From Bacteriovoracia bacterium (lineage in GTDB: Bacteria > Bdellovibrionota > UBA1018 > JBFWNL01): 64,000 bases of DNA. Of the stretch, positions 1 through 9,460 are shown in pieces. Within the stretch, counting starts at the first letter, position 1. Each line of letters begins with the position of its first letter. The stretch is from NCBI GenBank assembly GCA_050251055.1, contig JBFWNL010000001.1:75825-139824 (forward strand), written 5' to 3'. A model generated the notes under the pieces. That model made no database searches. It was not told the DNA's origin and saw only the letters and a list, made by a program, of their open reading frames with translations. A program made the position numbers and the translations under genes.

Positions 1-55
1 TTGGGCTCTTTTTTGAGCCCTCACCCGTGTGTGTAGGGCTCAAAAAAGAGCCCAA
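1..55. repeat. Perfect 21-bp inverted repeat whose arms are each internally palindromic
   Basis: 1-21 TTGGGCTCTTTTTTGAGCCCT is the exact reverse complement of 35-55 AGGGCTCAAAAAAGAGCCCAA. Each arm contains GGGCTC-N6-GAGCCC. It may extend beyond the window edge. Confidence 0.9.
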
Positions 56-85
56 AACAAAAAAAGAAAGGAAACCAGTCAGCCT

Positions 86-394
86 ATGAAAAATTTCCGA
101 ACCTATCAGCTAGCCCGACAACTGTACCAAGATTGCCAGTCCCTAAGCCTGCGTGGCCCCGCCAAGGACCAGTTCGAAAGGGCCATGCTGAGCGTGGTCC
201 TCAACCTGGCCGAAGGCTCGGCGAAGCCGACGGGGCGGGACCGTAAAAAGTTTTACAGCATCGCCCTTGGGTCGCTGAGGGAAGTCCAAGTCATTTTAGA
301 AATGATTAATGCAGCCCAAGCCAAGCAGGCGGATACCCTAGGCGGAAGCCTCTACAAGCTTATCCAAAACCCAGGCGCCAACCGATGGCCCTGA
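86..394 (+). CDS. Four-helix bundle protein (23S rRNA IVP / bAvd-like family)
   Basis: About 100 aa with the family pattern DQFERAMLSVVLNLAEG...KFYSIALGSLREV. ATG at 86 preferred over the track start at 29. Confidence 0.85.
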   Translation: MKNFRTYQLARQLYQDCQSLSLRGPAKDQFERAMLSVVLNLAEGSAKPTGRDRKKFYSIALGSLREVQVILEMINAAQAKQADTLGGSLYKLIQNPGANRWP

Positions 395-458
395 AACTGA
401 AACGGATACAGAAACCGAAACGGGGACGGTCTGCCAGCGTGCCGGCTTGCCTGCCTGC
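393..458. repeat. Degenerate short tandem repeats: six GAAACN-like hexamers, then seven NNGC tetramers
   Basis: 393-428 GAAACT GAAACG GATACA GAAACC GAAACG GGGACG; 431-458 CTGC CAGC GTGC CGGC TTGC CTGC CTGC. Confidence 0.7.
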
Positions 459-464
459 CCGTGC

Positions 465-2585
465 TTACATCTGCTCGTCTTCGTCGCCGTCGTCGTCACC
501 GCTACCCAGCGGGTTAAACGAGTCGTTGAGCGGGCCGTACTTCTTTTCCTTGTCCGGGCCGTTCTTGCGGATGTCGGCGCGCTCAGCCAGGTTCTTCGCC
601 ATTTCGTCCTTGCCGTCGGCGCGGACGAAGTCAGCAAAGCGCTTGGTGTAATCGCCGTCTTCGCAGTTGAAGATCGGATCGAGGCCGTCGATTAGGTGCT
701 TTTTGTCGCCTTCCTTGACGGAGGCGGCGTAAGCCTTGAACTTACCGGCGAGCTCTTTCTCGATGCTTTCCGCGGTCCAGAAAGCCGGCAGCACCTGCAC
801 GGACTTAGCCGAGGCCGGCATGTACGGCAAGCGCAGGGCCTTCGTGAAGCCACAGTCCTGGCGGCTCGCGCTCTTCGGGAGCACTTCGTACTTGGCCTTG
901 TCGCCGAAGATTTCGGCGGCGTCCTTGATATAGGCTTCTTCGCCGTATTGCGGCTGACCGCCCACGACGACGAGGTTCATGTCGGCCTGGGTGGCTTTCA
1001 CCAACTTCGTGTACGGGTTCACGCCCTTCGTGGCTTTCACCAGGATGAAGTCGGCCAGGTAGCCGGCTTCGACCTTGCCGATGAGCTGCTGGCGCTTCAT
1101 CGCCTTGGCCGCGTTCACGGTGGCCATTTCGACGAGCTGCTGGTCGTTGATGGCGATCTTGGCCGCCTTCGGATTATTGTTGTTACGATCGATGTAGTTC
1201 CGCGCGATCTTCAGCTCATCCAAGATGGTCTTGGAGCCCGTCGGGGTCCAGTCCACGCCGAGCGCGATGTTGACGCCCGCCTTGAGGGCGGCGGCCACGT
1301 CGAGCGTTTCATTATAAAGGAGCAGGTTCGAGAACGGCGACCAGACGATCGAGATGTTGTTCTTTTTGGCGTCCGCGAAATCGGCGGCGTTCATGCCGAC
1401 GCCGTGAATGACGACCAGGCCGTCCTTCGCCATGCCGAACTTCTGCGCGTAGTGGTATTCTTCCTTGTTGTAAACGTCGTTACGCATCCCTTCGGAGAGG
1501 TGCGCGACGTTAGCCAAGAAGGCCGGGTCGGCGTAGGACTTCTTCAGGCTTTCCACGTTGGAGTTGTGGAACATGTTGATGTAGCGGCGAACGTGGCTGG
1601 GGATCGCCTTCACGCCGCCCATGCCGAGCATGTCGAGCGCTTTCTTGTCATCTGGTTTCGCAACCGCGAGGTAGGCGTCGACCCACTTCGTGACGGCGGC
1701 CTGTTCCTTCTCCGGATAGTGGGAGAGGATGTCGGCCTTGTCTTTCGGAGCGGCCAGACCCGAGCGGCCGGTGAGCAGCAGCTGCGCGTTGGCGAGATTA
1801 TGTTGCTCCTTCACGAAAACTTCCACCCACTTGGCGACGCTCCAGCCAGAGGACTTGCCGTCTTCGCCGGGAAGGTCGATGCCCAAGAATTCCTTGTAGG
1901 CGGCGTCGTAGCCGACTTTTTTCTTGGTCATGATGGGTTCGATGAACGGCTTAAAGGTGGCGCCGATCATGCCGGGGACGACCATGTCGGTCATGCCGCG
2001 CAGGGCGACCTTGTTTTCGAATTCACCGGCGATCTCTAAGTTCTTCACGCCGAATTCTTTGGCGCACTTCGCGTCGCCGCCGATGCCTTGCATGGCGACC
2101 GCGCCGCCGGTCATGGCCTTGATTTCGGCCCAGCGGACGGCCGCGCAAACGGTGTCGCCGCGGATGGGCTTCATGTTGAAGCTCACGGCGTTCTTGTACT
2201 CGCTCCACTTGCGCCATTCGAAGCGGTTGAGGAACTGACCGCGGGTCTTCGACCAGAGCGGAAGAATGTTGTATTTAATGTGGCCGTGCATGTCGATGAG
2301 GCCGGGGAAAATCAGATCGCTCGTCTCGATGATGTTTTGCTTATCGACATCCGCCGGGGCTTGGGCGCCGACCGCTTCGATGAACTTGCCTTCGACGGTG
2401 ACGTAAACTTTTTGGGTGGGGGCAGAGGCGAGGTAACCGGAGACAGCCCACTTATTGGCCGCCGCGGGAGCGGCCAGCGCGGCGGTTTCCACACCGCTCG
2501 GATCCGAGAACGCGCGATCCGCTGGAATCGTGAACGCCAGTGCCGTCGTCGCCAAACTCAGGTACCAAAAGCTCGTCTTTGCCAT
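465..2585 (-). CDS. Secreted metal-dependent amidohydrolase (deaminase-like TIM barrel)
   Basis: Signal peptide; PGLIDMHGH (HxH), AHLSEG, IHGVG and GVDW metal-ligand motifs; GKVEAGYLADF C-terminal signature. Confidence 0.8.
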   Translation of the reverse strand: MAKTSFWYLSLATTALAFTIPADRAFSDPSGVETAALAAPAAANKWAVSGYLASAPTQKVYVTVEGKFIEAVGAQAPADVDKQNIIETSDLIFPGLIDMHGHIKYNILPLWSKTRGQFLNRFEWRKWSEYKNAVSFNMKPIRGDTVCAAVRWAEIKAMTGGAVAMQGIGGDAKCAKEFGVKNLEIAGEFENKVALRGMTDMVVPGMIGATFKPFIEPIMTKKKVGYDAAYKEFLGIDLPGEDGKSSGWSVAKWVEVFVKEQHNLANAQLLLTGRSGLAAPKDKADILSHYPEKEQAAVTKWVDAYLAVAKPDDKKALDMLGMGGVKAIPSHVRRYINMFHNSNVESLKKSYADPAFLANVAHLSEGMRNDVYNKEEYHYAQKFGMAKDGLVVIHGVGMNAADFADAKKNNISIVWSPFSNLLLYNETLDVAAALKAGVNIALGVDWTPTGSKTILDELKIARNYIDRNNNNPKAAKIAINDQQLVEMATVNAAKAMKRQQLIGKVEAGYLADFILVKATKGVNPYTKLVKATQADMNLVVVGGQPQYGEEAYIKDAAEIFGDKAKYEVLPKSASRQDCGFTKALRLPYMPASAKSVQVLPAFWTAESIEKELAGKFKAYAASVKEGDKKHLIDGLDPIFNCEDGDYTKRFADFVRADGKDEMAKNLAERADIRKNGPDKEKKYGPLNDSFNPLGSGDDDGDEDEQM

Positions 2586-2705
2586 GTGAAAATTCTCCTA
2601 ATTGACGCGGAGCAATATCATGTTCAAATGCGACTGGGAAGCTCGTTACAAAAAGAAAGGCGCTTTCCCGCCTAAAAAAGGAGTACAGGGTAAATATTAA
2701 TAAAA

Positions 2706-3776
2706 TCAGCCATTTGAAATGAAGGCAGCAAGGTCGGTGGGGAGGGGGGACGTGAACTCGAGCCACTTCCCCGTCTTGGGATGCTCGAACGCGAGTTTCG
2801 CGGCGTGAAGCGCGTGCCGGGGCAGGATCAGCTGGTCCCAAAGCTCGGCGGGAATGTTGCGGTAAAATTCAATGCCGCCCGCCGGCTCGTCCGACTCGCG
2901 CCCTTCGCCCTTTTCGAAAAATCGGATCGACTGGCTCTCATCCACTCCGTACAGCTTGTCGCCCACGATGGGATGACCGGCGCAAAGCAGGTGCAGTCGG
3001 ATTTGATGCTGGCGCCCCGTGCGTGGCGAGCATTCGAGCAGTGAGAACTCGCGCCCGCGCGCGTCTTTGAAATGCTGTAGGCAACGAAAGTCCGTGTGCG
3101 CGGTTTGTCCGCCTTCCTCCACCGGCACCACGTCCATCTTGAGGCGAATACGCGAGTTTTTAGCGCGTCCCATCGGCTCGGCCACGGTGAAAATTTCGGG
3201 CGCGTGCCCGTGCGCGACGGCCAGGTAAGTTTTTTTCGTGATGCGCTTGGCGAACTGGCCGATGATGTGCGTGCAGGCGTCTTTATCTTTGGTGAGCACT
3301 AAAACCCCGCTGGTTTCGCGGTCAATTCGGTGCGCGAGGAAATATTCGCGCTCGTGCGCGAGCGGTAGCGTGAAGCCCTGCGTGCGCAGGTGCACGATCA
3401 GCGTGTTGAAGAAGTAGCGCCCCGCCGGGTGCACGGGCAGGTTCGTGGGCTTGTCGATGACGAAGATGTATTCGTCTTCATATAATACGCGGTAATCGAA
3501 ACAGACGTCGGGTTCGGCCTTGCGCTCGGTCAGTACCAGCACCTGGTCGCCGGACAAAAGCGGCGAGCTGGGTTTGGCTTTGCCGGGCGCGGCGTGGGCG
3601 GTGATGGCACGCTTAATCGAGATGATGCCCTGGGCGATGGACTCCTGGATTTTTTCGCGGGAGCGCCGGCGGTAGCGTTCCTTTAGAAAGCGATCGAGCC
3701 GGATGCCGTCCTGCGAGGGGCCCACCGTGTGGGTCACCAGATAATGATTGGGATAAAGATCGTGCGTGACGTTCAT
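2706..3776 (-). CDS. RluA/RluD-family pseudouridine synthase with S4-like N-terminus
   Basis: RLDRFL (S4-like), IDKPTNLPVHP, HRIDRETSG (catalytic Asp), TGRQHQIRLH, HPIVGDKLYG. Start moved to ATG 3776. Confidence 0.92.
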   Translation of the reverse strand: MNVTHDLYPNHYLVTHTVGPSQDGIRLDRFLKERYRRRSREKIQESIAQGIISIKRAITAHAAPGKAKPSSPLLSGDQVLVLTERKAEPDVCFDYRVLYEDEYIFVIDKPTNLPVHPAGRYFFNTLIVHLRTQGFTLPLAHEREYFLAHRIDRETSGVLVLTKDKDACTHIIGQFAKRITKKTYLAVAHGHAPEIFTVAEPMGRAKNSRIRLKMDVVPVEEGGQTAHTDFRCLQHFKDARGREFSLLECSPRTGRQHQIRLHLLCAGHPIVGDKLYGVDESQSIRFFEKGEGRESDEPAGGIEFYRNIPAELWDQLILPRHALHAAKLAFEHPKTGKWLEFTSPLPTDLAAFISNG

Positions 3777-3798
3777 GCGCTTGCCTGAGGCAGCTATA

Positions 3799-4860
3799 TC
3801 ACAAATCGACGACGTATTTGCCGAAAGCGAGCCATTGGGGTTGTGCGGGCAGATCGACGCTTTGCTGCTCGTGGAGCGTGGGTGCGGACCAGTCGGGGCG
3901 CAGCCCTTTGAGGACTTGGGCGGTCCGAAACAGCCCAAAGACGGTCTCGGACGTGGGGTGAAACAGGGTGCTGTGCGGACCGGCGGCCAGGGTTTGGGTT
4001 CCCTGCAGGGTGAGCGAGGCGGTACTTCCGTCCCACGCGTAAATGGCGATCACGTCGTTGGAGATGTGCGTTTCAATGAGATGCGCGCCGTCGAGGGAAA
4101 AGGAGAGATTCAGGGCGCCCGCGCGGGTAACGCTCGAAACGAGACCGATCCCGCCGGTATTCAGGTCCAGTCCGTAGGTGGCGATAGTCGCCGCGGTATT
4201 CAGGGCGATGGACATGAAGTTTCCCGTCGAATCAAAGGCGATGTCAATCGGAACGCTCGAAGCGCTCGCGCTCGCGTCGAAGGAAAGCGTGCCATCGCTC
4301 TCGCTCACGCGATAGGAGGCCACCTGATTGAAGAGGCAGCCCACGCAGTACAAGAAACTCTCCGAAGGATGCAGGCTGATTTGGCGGGGCTGGGAGGGGA
4401 GGGCGAGCTCCTGGAGCAGGCTGAGAGCTCCGGTCACGCCGTCGACGGCGTAGGTGCGGAGAATGCCGGCGAAGCTCGAAGCGTACAGTCGCGTGCCGCT
4501 CCGATTAAAGACCAGGCTGGGGGTTTGATCGCCGAGCGAGGTAGTCTCTCCGGCGGTCAACGTGCCGGTGTAGATATCGAGCGAGTAGCGGCGGATGGCG
4601 CTGCCGCCCGCGCTGCTGCTCGCGACGTAGAGATGGCCCTGGCGGGGATGGAAAACGGCGAGATAGGGCTCCGAGATAGTCGAGACGTTCTCGACGAAGC
4701 TGAGCCAACCCGTCGCGGGCTCGACGCGAAAGAGGGAGAGGGAATTCGCCCCCCGGTTGACCGTCACCAGATATTGGTATTGCCGGACCGGCTTTTGAAA
4801 GCGTGCCCCGCAGCCCGTAGCCCAGAGCAAGAAACCGATGAGGAGCGCGGCGCGGATCAT
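3799..4860 (-). CDS. Lactonase-family (Pgl-like) beta-propeller lipoprotein
   Basis: Lipobox-like WATGC; repeated blades such as FHPRQGHLYVAS, LHPSESFLY and YAVDGVTGALS. Confidence 0.75.
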   Translation of the reverse strand: MIRAALLIGFLLWATGCGARFQKPVRQYQYLVTVNRGANSLSLFRVEPATGWLSFVENVSTISEPYLAVFHPRQGHLYVASSSAGGSAIRRYSLDIYTGTLTAGETTSLGDQTPSLVFNRSGTRLYASSFAGILRTYAVDGVTGALSLLQELALPSQPRQISLHPSESFLYCVGCLFNQVASYRVSESDGTLSFDASASASSVPIDIAFDSTGNFMSIALNTAATIATYGLDLNTGGIGLVSSVTRAGALNLSFSLDGAHLIETHISNDVIAIYAWDGSTASLTLQGTQTLAAGPHSTLFHPTSETVFGLFRTAQVLKGLRPDWSAPTLHEQQSVDLPAQPQWLAFGKYVVDL

Positions 4861-4896
4861 TTTTCCCGTCTCCTGCTCCGCCGTGGCCCCGTCTCC

Positions 4897-7134
4897 TCAG
4901 TACCGCTTCTTCATCAGGAAGGTGATGACTTCTTTCGCGCAGGCGTCGCAGTAACCCAATTGCTTCTTCATATTCTCGACGGTCTGCTGCGCCAGGCGGC
5001 TGCCTTCCGAGTGCGGGTCGTAATCGTCGGTGCCGTGCACCTGGAGCGCGTCGTGCATCTTCGTGAGGAGCGCCTTCTGGGTTTCGTAATAGTGTTTCTC
5101 CAGCCGCTTCCAGAAGTCGGGAAAGACGCGGCCGTAGACGACGGGCTGGCCGGGATGGTCGAGCGACCACGCGCCCACCTGCGAGAGCATGGTCGTGCGG
5201 AAGGTGTCGAGTTCGGGCCCTTCCTTCGGAGCCTGGACGATTTTTTCGAATTCGGAGATCAGCGAGAGATCGGGGTCCTCGGTCTTGCCGGTGACGGGGT
5301 TGTGGATCTTCTCGCGCTTCAGGTAGTGCGAGATGTGCTGCACGTATTTGCGCAGGAAATCCTCCCACTGCTTGGAATCGTAAAGCCCGATGCTGTCACG
5401 GACCTCGCGGTCGATGCGATCGAGGTATTCGCTGCGGACGGTGTTGATGAAGTCGGCGGCGTCGTGAAAGCCGTCCTTCACGTCCTGCTTGAGGAATTCG
5501 TACTCGCTGACGCGCTTAACGAAGTTTTCCATCTCCGTGAGCACCGCGAGGGGGCTGACGCAGGCGAAGTTGGGGTTGCCGACGGCGTCGTACAGGATGG
5601 ACTTGATTTCGCGCGCGGAGGCGCCCATACGTCCTTCGTAGTACGGGATATTGGTGTATTCCTCGCGCAGGCGCGGGATGCTCGCGCGCAACAGCTTGCG
5701 GTCCTCGGGCTGGAGGCTGACGGGCATCTCGCCCGAGTCATACAGTCGTGCCTTCTCAATCGGCGTGAGGTTGGAGATCAGGGAGCTGATGTTCGGCGGA
5801 TAGTTGATGCTGTTGGGTTTTTTGAGGCGCGTGAGCACGGCCCAGAGCGCGAGCGTCCAGGGCACGTGCGGGGCAATGTGCTTTTCGGTCGCGATCTGTG
5901 GCAGGAGCTGCCGGTAGATCTCTTCTTCAACCTGGTAAGAAAGGAGATAGGGCACGCGCACGAGCTCGATGCGCGCCTTGAAGCTCGAGAAATCGGGGAA
6001 CTCCTTGAAGGCGTCGAGCTGCAGGTCGTTGCTCGAGCCGACGAGCACCGTGTCCAAATAGGCGATGCTCGAGCCCACGTTCACGGCGCCCTTTTCGCAG
6101 GCGGTGAGCAGGTATTTGAACGTGTCGATGGGGCGCTTGAGCAGATCGCTGTACTCGACCACGCCGCGGTTGCCGTCGACGAGGTCCCCGCTCAAGGAAA
6201 AAAGGTTCAGCCCCTGTAGCGACGGGGGAAGGGTCGCCAGGCTTTTGTTGTAGGTGAGCTGGTTGTAGTGCGCGTCGACGTGCATCTGCGGCTCGATCGT
6301 GACGAGCCCCTTGCGGTAGCGGCCCGAAAAGTAAAAGCGCTCGACCTGCACGTGCATCATGACTTTTTTGTAGTTGCCGGCGTTCGCCAGCAGCAGTGAA
6401 TCCATGATCTGCTTGCAGCGGTGGCAGAGATCGCCTTCGCGCAGGTAAACCGGCAGGCGATCCCAGATTTCCGCGGCCTTTTTTTCGCCGAAAAACTTGC
6501 TTAGGGTCTCCTGGCGCTTGTCGGGCGCGATCAGCAGAATGGGATGGTCCTTCATTTCACACGGAATGCGAGAAACGACTTCTTCGTCGGGCAGGCGCGC
6601 GAAGCTGTCGAGCTTCTCGGAAGACGCGGCGTAGCTATGGAGCCCCAGCGATCCTTTCGTGACCTTGTCGACGGGAAAGATCCAGTTGAAGGTGTACAGC
6701 GCACCATCACCCTCGCGCGAATACCGCTCGAGCCCTCCCATCAGGCCATGAATGAGGGTGGTCTTCGCGCTGCCGTTGGGGCCGTGCAAGAGGATGAGCT
6801 TATTGTTCATGCCCTGGCGCGTAAAGGTTTTGAGGGTGTTGTAAATCTGCGTCTGCACTTCTTCCTGGCCGACGGCCTTGGGCGTGATCCCTTCAATGGG
6901 AAAATCGAAGAGCTTGAAGCGGTAGATTTTCTTGTCGCTCGCGGCGCCGGGGATGGTCGCTTCCACGGTTTTTCCGTAGAAATCCATCATGTCGACGAAG
7001 TACTGCGCGGCTCCGCGCAGCTGCAGGTTGGGCTGCTCCCGGATCAGCTGGAGATACTCCTCGAACGAGAGGATTCGCCGACTGCTTTCGAAGTTTTTCC
7101 GCATCACTTGGTCAAGGTAGGTAAGCGCATCCAT
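4897..7134 (-). CDS. prkA: PrkA-family AAA+ ATPase (serine protein kinase PrkA)
   Basis: LLHGPNGSAKTT Walker A; GDLVDGNRGVVEYSDLLKRP; RVPYLLSY; YEGRMGASARE; C-terminal GYCDACAKEVI. Confidence 0.85.
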   Translation of the reverse strand: MDALTYLDQVMRKNFESSRRILSFEEYLQLIREQPNLQLRGAAQYFVDMMDFYGKTVEATIPGAASDKKIYRFKLFDFPIEGITPKAVGQEEVQTQIYNTLKTFTRQGMNNKLILLHGPNGSAKTTLIHGLMGGLERYSREGDGALYTFNWIFPVDKVTKGSLGLHSYAASSEKLDSFARLPDEEVVSRIPCEMKDHPILLIAPDKRQETLSKFFGEKKAAEIWDRLPVYLREGDLCHRCKQIMDSLLLANAGNYKKVMMHVQVERFYFSGRYRKGLVTIEPQMHVDAHYNQLTYNKSLATLPPSLQGLNLFSLSGDLVDGNRGVVEYSDLLKRPIDTFKYLLTACEKGAVNVGSSIAYLDTVLVGSSNDLQLDAFKEFPDFSSFKARIELVRVPYLLSYQVEEEIYRQLLPQIATEKHIAPHVPWTLALWAVLTRLKKPNSINYPPNISSLISNLTPIEKARLYDSGEMPVSLQPEDRKLLRASIPRLREEYTNIPYYEGRMGASAREIKSILYDAVGNPNFACVSPLAVLTEMENFVKRVSEYEFLKQDVKDGFHDAADFINTVRSEYLDRIDREVRDSIGLYDSKQWEDFLRKYVQHISHYLKREKIHNPVTGKTEDPDLSLISEFEKIVQAPKEGPELDTFRTTMLSQVGAWSLDHPGQPVVYGRVFPDFWKRLEKHYYETQKALLTKMHDALQVHGTDDYDPHSEGSRLAQQTVENMKKQLGYCDACAKEVITFLMKKRY

Positions 7135-7307
7135 GCTCCTTCAATTGTACCATCAACGCCCGCCACGCAAAGCTTTAACGCACAGTGACATAAGAATGTG
7201 CCCAGAGTGGACTTCGGGGTTTGCACTTGCGAACCAGGACGGTGTACTATGTTCTTATCCTTGCAGTATCGCTAACTTTTGAGTCGATAGGTGAAGGCTT
7301 ACTGAGA

Positions 7308-8738
7308 ATGAAAAAACTTTCCTTGCTGACGCTTTTCCTGCTGTGCCTGGGCCCGACCGCCGGCGCGGTCACCGACGATACGCTCGGAGATCCCGATTTC
7401 GAGAACCCCGAGATCGCGCGCCGCGTGCCGAAAGTGCTCCTGCAGTCCATCGACGACCAAGGCAACGTGAAAGATTTGAATTGGAAGACGGAAAGCCGTT
7501 GGGTGTGGAAGAAAACCACCGACGAGCCTTTCCAGAGCCCGCTCTTGCGTACCTGGATCGTGTTGCCGACCGAAATCACCATGAATTCGGTGACGGGCTC
7601 GATCTATACCTCGACGAAAAATCCGGGCGACGCCCCCTTTGAAAGCAAAGGCGATATCCTGGCCATCGAGGCGAATTATCCCGTCCAGAAGATGGCGTTG
7701 CGCTTCGAGACGAAGGGGAAAGGCGGTCGGCCGCGCACCCTGAATCTGGTGCTCACGTATCTCATTACCGAGCCTTACCTGCTCGTGCACTCGACCTGTT
7801 CCAAGATGGGCCTGGAGATCACCCACCTGGGCGGGAAGTCCGGCCACTTGTTCAACGCCGTTTGGTGTATGGGCTCGCCGTCGGCGCTCGAGATGTACGT
7901 GCTCTATCCGCAAGATTCCGAGGTCCGCGAAAACCATATTCCCGGTCGCCAGAAGAGCGGCAAGGGCTGGGTGTTCCACCAGCTGGGGGACATGCGCGCC
8001 AAGATTGAGCAGGCCGGCGCCGACGTGTTGGGAACTTTCCAGGTGGGCACGCGCGAAACCAAGAAGTTCGCCGAGTTCGCCGTTGCGTTCGTGAAGCGTG
8101 GCTCGCGCTCGCACCTCAAGCTCTTCGCCTCCTTGGGCTCGACTTATATCAACTACCAGGAAGACGTGCTGGACGTGAACCTGCGCGAGCTCGACTTTCG
8201 CGCCCGCGTCGACGCCGAGTATTCGGTGCTCCCCGAGAAGCTCGATATGTCCGGGCGCTTCTACGGCTCCATCATTTCGTTGCGTAAATTTCCGGGTTCG
8301 AACGCGCCCGACAGCGCGGCCCGCTTCTGGGGCTTGGACCTGAACGCCGACTACCACCTGCCGTGGATGATCGGCGGCACCACGCGCTTCCGGATCGGAT
8401 TGGGGTATTACCTGTGGGGGATGTTCGTGCCCTCGGACGCTTACGGCGTGCAGAACTTCAACGGCGTGCAGACGCGGGTGACGGTGCGCTGGGCCCGGGC
8501 GGGACGTCGCGCGATCCGCGGCGAGTTCGTGTTTGCCCCGATTACGAGCGGCACCTCGGAGCTTCGTTTCTATAACCGCCAGCTGGCGGCGGAGCTCGGT
8601 TTCCAGCTCTCGCATCCGACGGCGGATCGCGAGTGGTGGATCGTCGCGAACTGGCAGAACGCGAAGTATACGGCGCGCGCTTCCGACAATACCGTGAATT
8701 ACACTTCTTACGGCTTGCTGTTGCAGGTGGGGCTCTAG
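7308..8738 (+). CDS. Hypothetical exported protein with probable C-terminal outer-membrane beta-barrel
   Basis: Signal peptide MKKLSLL...AGA; alternating aromatic beta-strands in the C-terminal half, ending YGLLLQVGL. Confidence 0.6.
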   Translation: MKKLSLLTLFLLCLGPTAGAVTDDTLGDPDFENPEIARRVPKVLLQSIDDQGNVKDLNWKTESRWVWKKTTDEPFQSPLLRTWIVLPTEITMNSVTGSIYTSTKNPGDAPFESKGDILAIEANYPVQKMALRFETKGKGGRPRTLNLVLTYLITEPYLLVHSTCSKMGLEITHLGGKSGHLFNAVWCMGSPSALEMYVLYPQDSEVRENHIPGRQKSGKGWVFHQLGDMRAKIEQAGADVLGTFQVGTRETKKFAEFAVAFVKRGSRSHLKLFASLGSTYINYQEDVLDVNLRELDFRARVDAEYSVLPEKLDMSGRFYGSIISLRKFPGSNAPDSAARFWGLDLNADYHLPWMIGGTTRFRIGLGYYLWGMFVPSDAYGVQNFNGVQTRVTVRWARAGRRAIRGEFVFAPITSGTSELRFYNRQLAAELGFQLSHPTADREWWIVANWQNAKYTARASDNTVNYTSYGLLLQVGL

Positions 8739-8772
8739 TCAGGTAGGGCACCAAACACCGAAAACAGGAAGA

Positions 8773-8798
8773 CCACCCGCCGCTTGCGCGGCGGGTGG
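8773..8798 (-). terminator. Stem-loop between convergent genes, probable intrinsic terminator
   Basis: CCACCCGCCGC-TTGC-GCGGCGGGTGG, an 11-bp perfect stem. On the minus strand the loop is GCAA and it is followed by TCTTCCTGTTTT. Confidence 0.6.
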
Positions 8799-8897
8799 CT
8801 CCACCTACCGAATCCCCCTAATCAGCTGGCCGCGCACTCGCGGCTCAGCTCTTGGCGGAACACTTTCTGTCCCCTTAATTTCCGTCGCCGCCGTGCT

Positions 8898-9365
8898 TTA
8901 GCATTCGCTGTCCTCCAGGGTGAAGATGTTGATGATCGGGTCTTGCTTGCCGCCGTCACGATGCTCAATGACGGTGATCGTGCAGCCCTCGTCGCCGGTG
9001 ACGCGTAGCTTGAGTTTGCCGCGTTCTTTCGTGTTCATGTACTCGATCTTGCATTCCTTGGCGGGGAAGTAGGCGCCCGGCATCTTCGAAGCGTAAGCTT
9101 CGAGCTTGCGGCCGCTACCCACGATGGTGAGATCCACGCCCTTGGCGTTGAGATAGGTGTCGTCGCAGGTCCAGCCGATCAAGAGCTCGGTCAGGTCGCG
9201 ATCAAGATCGCCCCCTTTATAGAAGTTCGTGCCGTCGAGCTTCATCGTGTACCTGGCGTAGCCGTCCCGGTTGATGTCGATTTCGGTGGCTAGGGCGGCG
9301 GCAGTGCTGATCAGGGTTCCGACGGCGATGAGGCCGGCGGTCAATTTAAGTCCTTGTTTTTTCAT
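8898..9365 (-). CDS. Hypothetical secreted protein, divergent from the LysR gene
   Basis: GGAGG RBS before ATG 9365; signal peptide; four Cys. Confidence 0.7.
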   Translation of the reverse strand: MKKQGLKLTAGLIAVGTLISTAAALATEIDINRDGYARYTMKLDGTNFYKGGDLDRDLTELLIGWTCDDTYLNAKGVDLTIVGSGRKLEAYASKMPGAYFPAKECKIEYMNTKERGKLKLRVTGDEGCTITVIEHRDGGKQDPIINIFTLEDSEC

Positions 9366-9411
9366 GTCCAAAACCTCCTTCGGTTGGTGAGGCGTAAAGT
9401 AGGCGTAACTC

Positions 9412-9460
9412 ATGTTTAAATAAATTGAAGTCATTTGATCATTATGTTTAATAAATTAAA
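9412..9460. promoter_or_regulatory. Candidate LysR operator pair in an AT-rich divergent promoter
   Basis: Near-direct repeats ATGTTTAAATAAATTGAA (9412-9429) and ATGTTTAATAAATTAAA (9444-9460); the first has imperfect T-N11-A dyad symmetry. Confidence 0.45.

Noticed and set aside
86-394. Diversity-generating retroelement or rRNA intervening sequence
   Set aside because: No reverse transcriptase, TR/VR pair or rRNA sequence is in the window. The upstream flank is not visible.
3766-6219. 817-aa plus-strand ORF, and similar long antisense ORFs (696-2039, 7299-8615, 38267-39994, 62246-63220)
   Set aside because: They are shadows of well-supported genes on the opposite strand, expected in high-GC DNA, and have no motifs.
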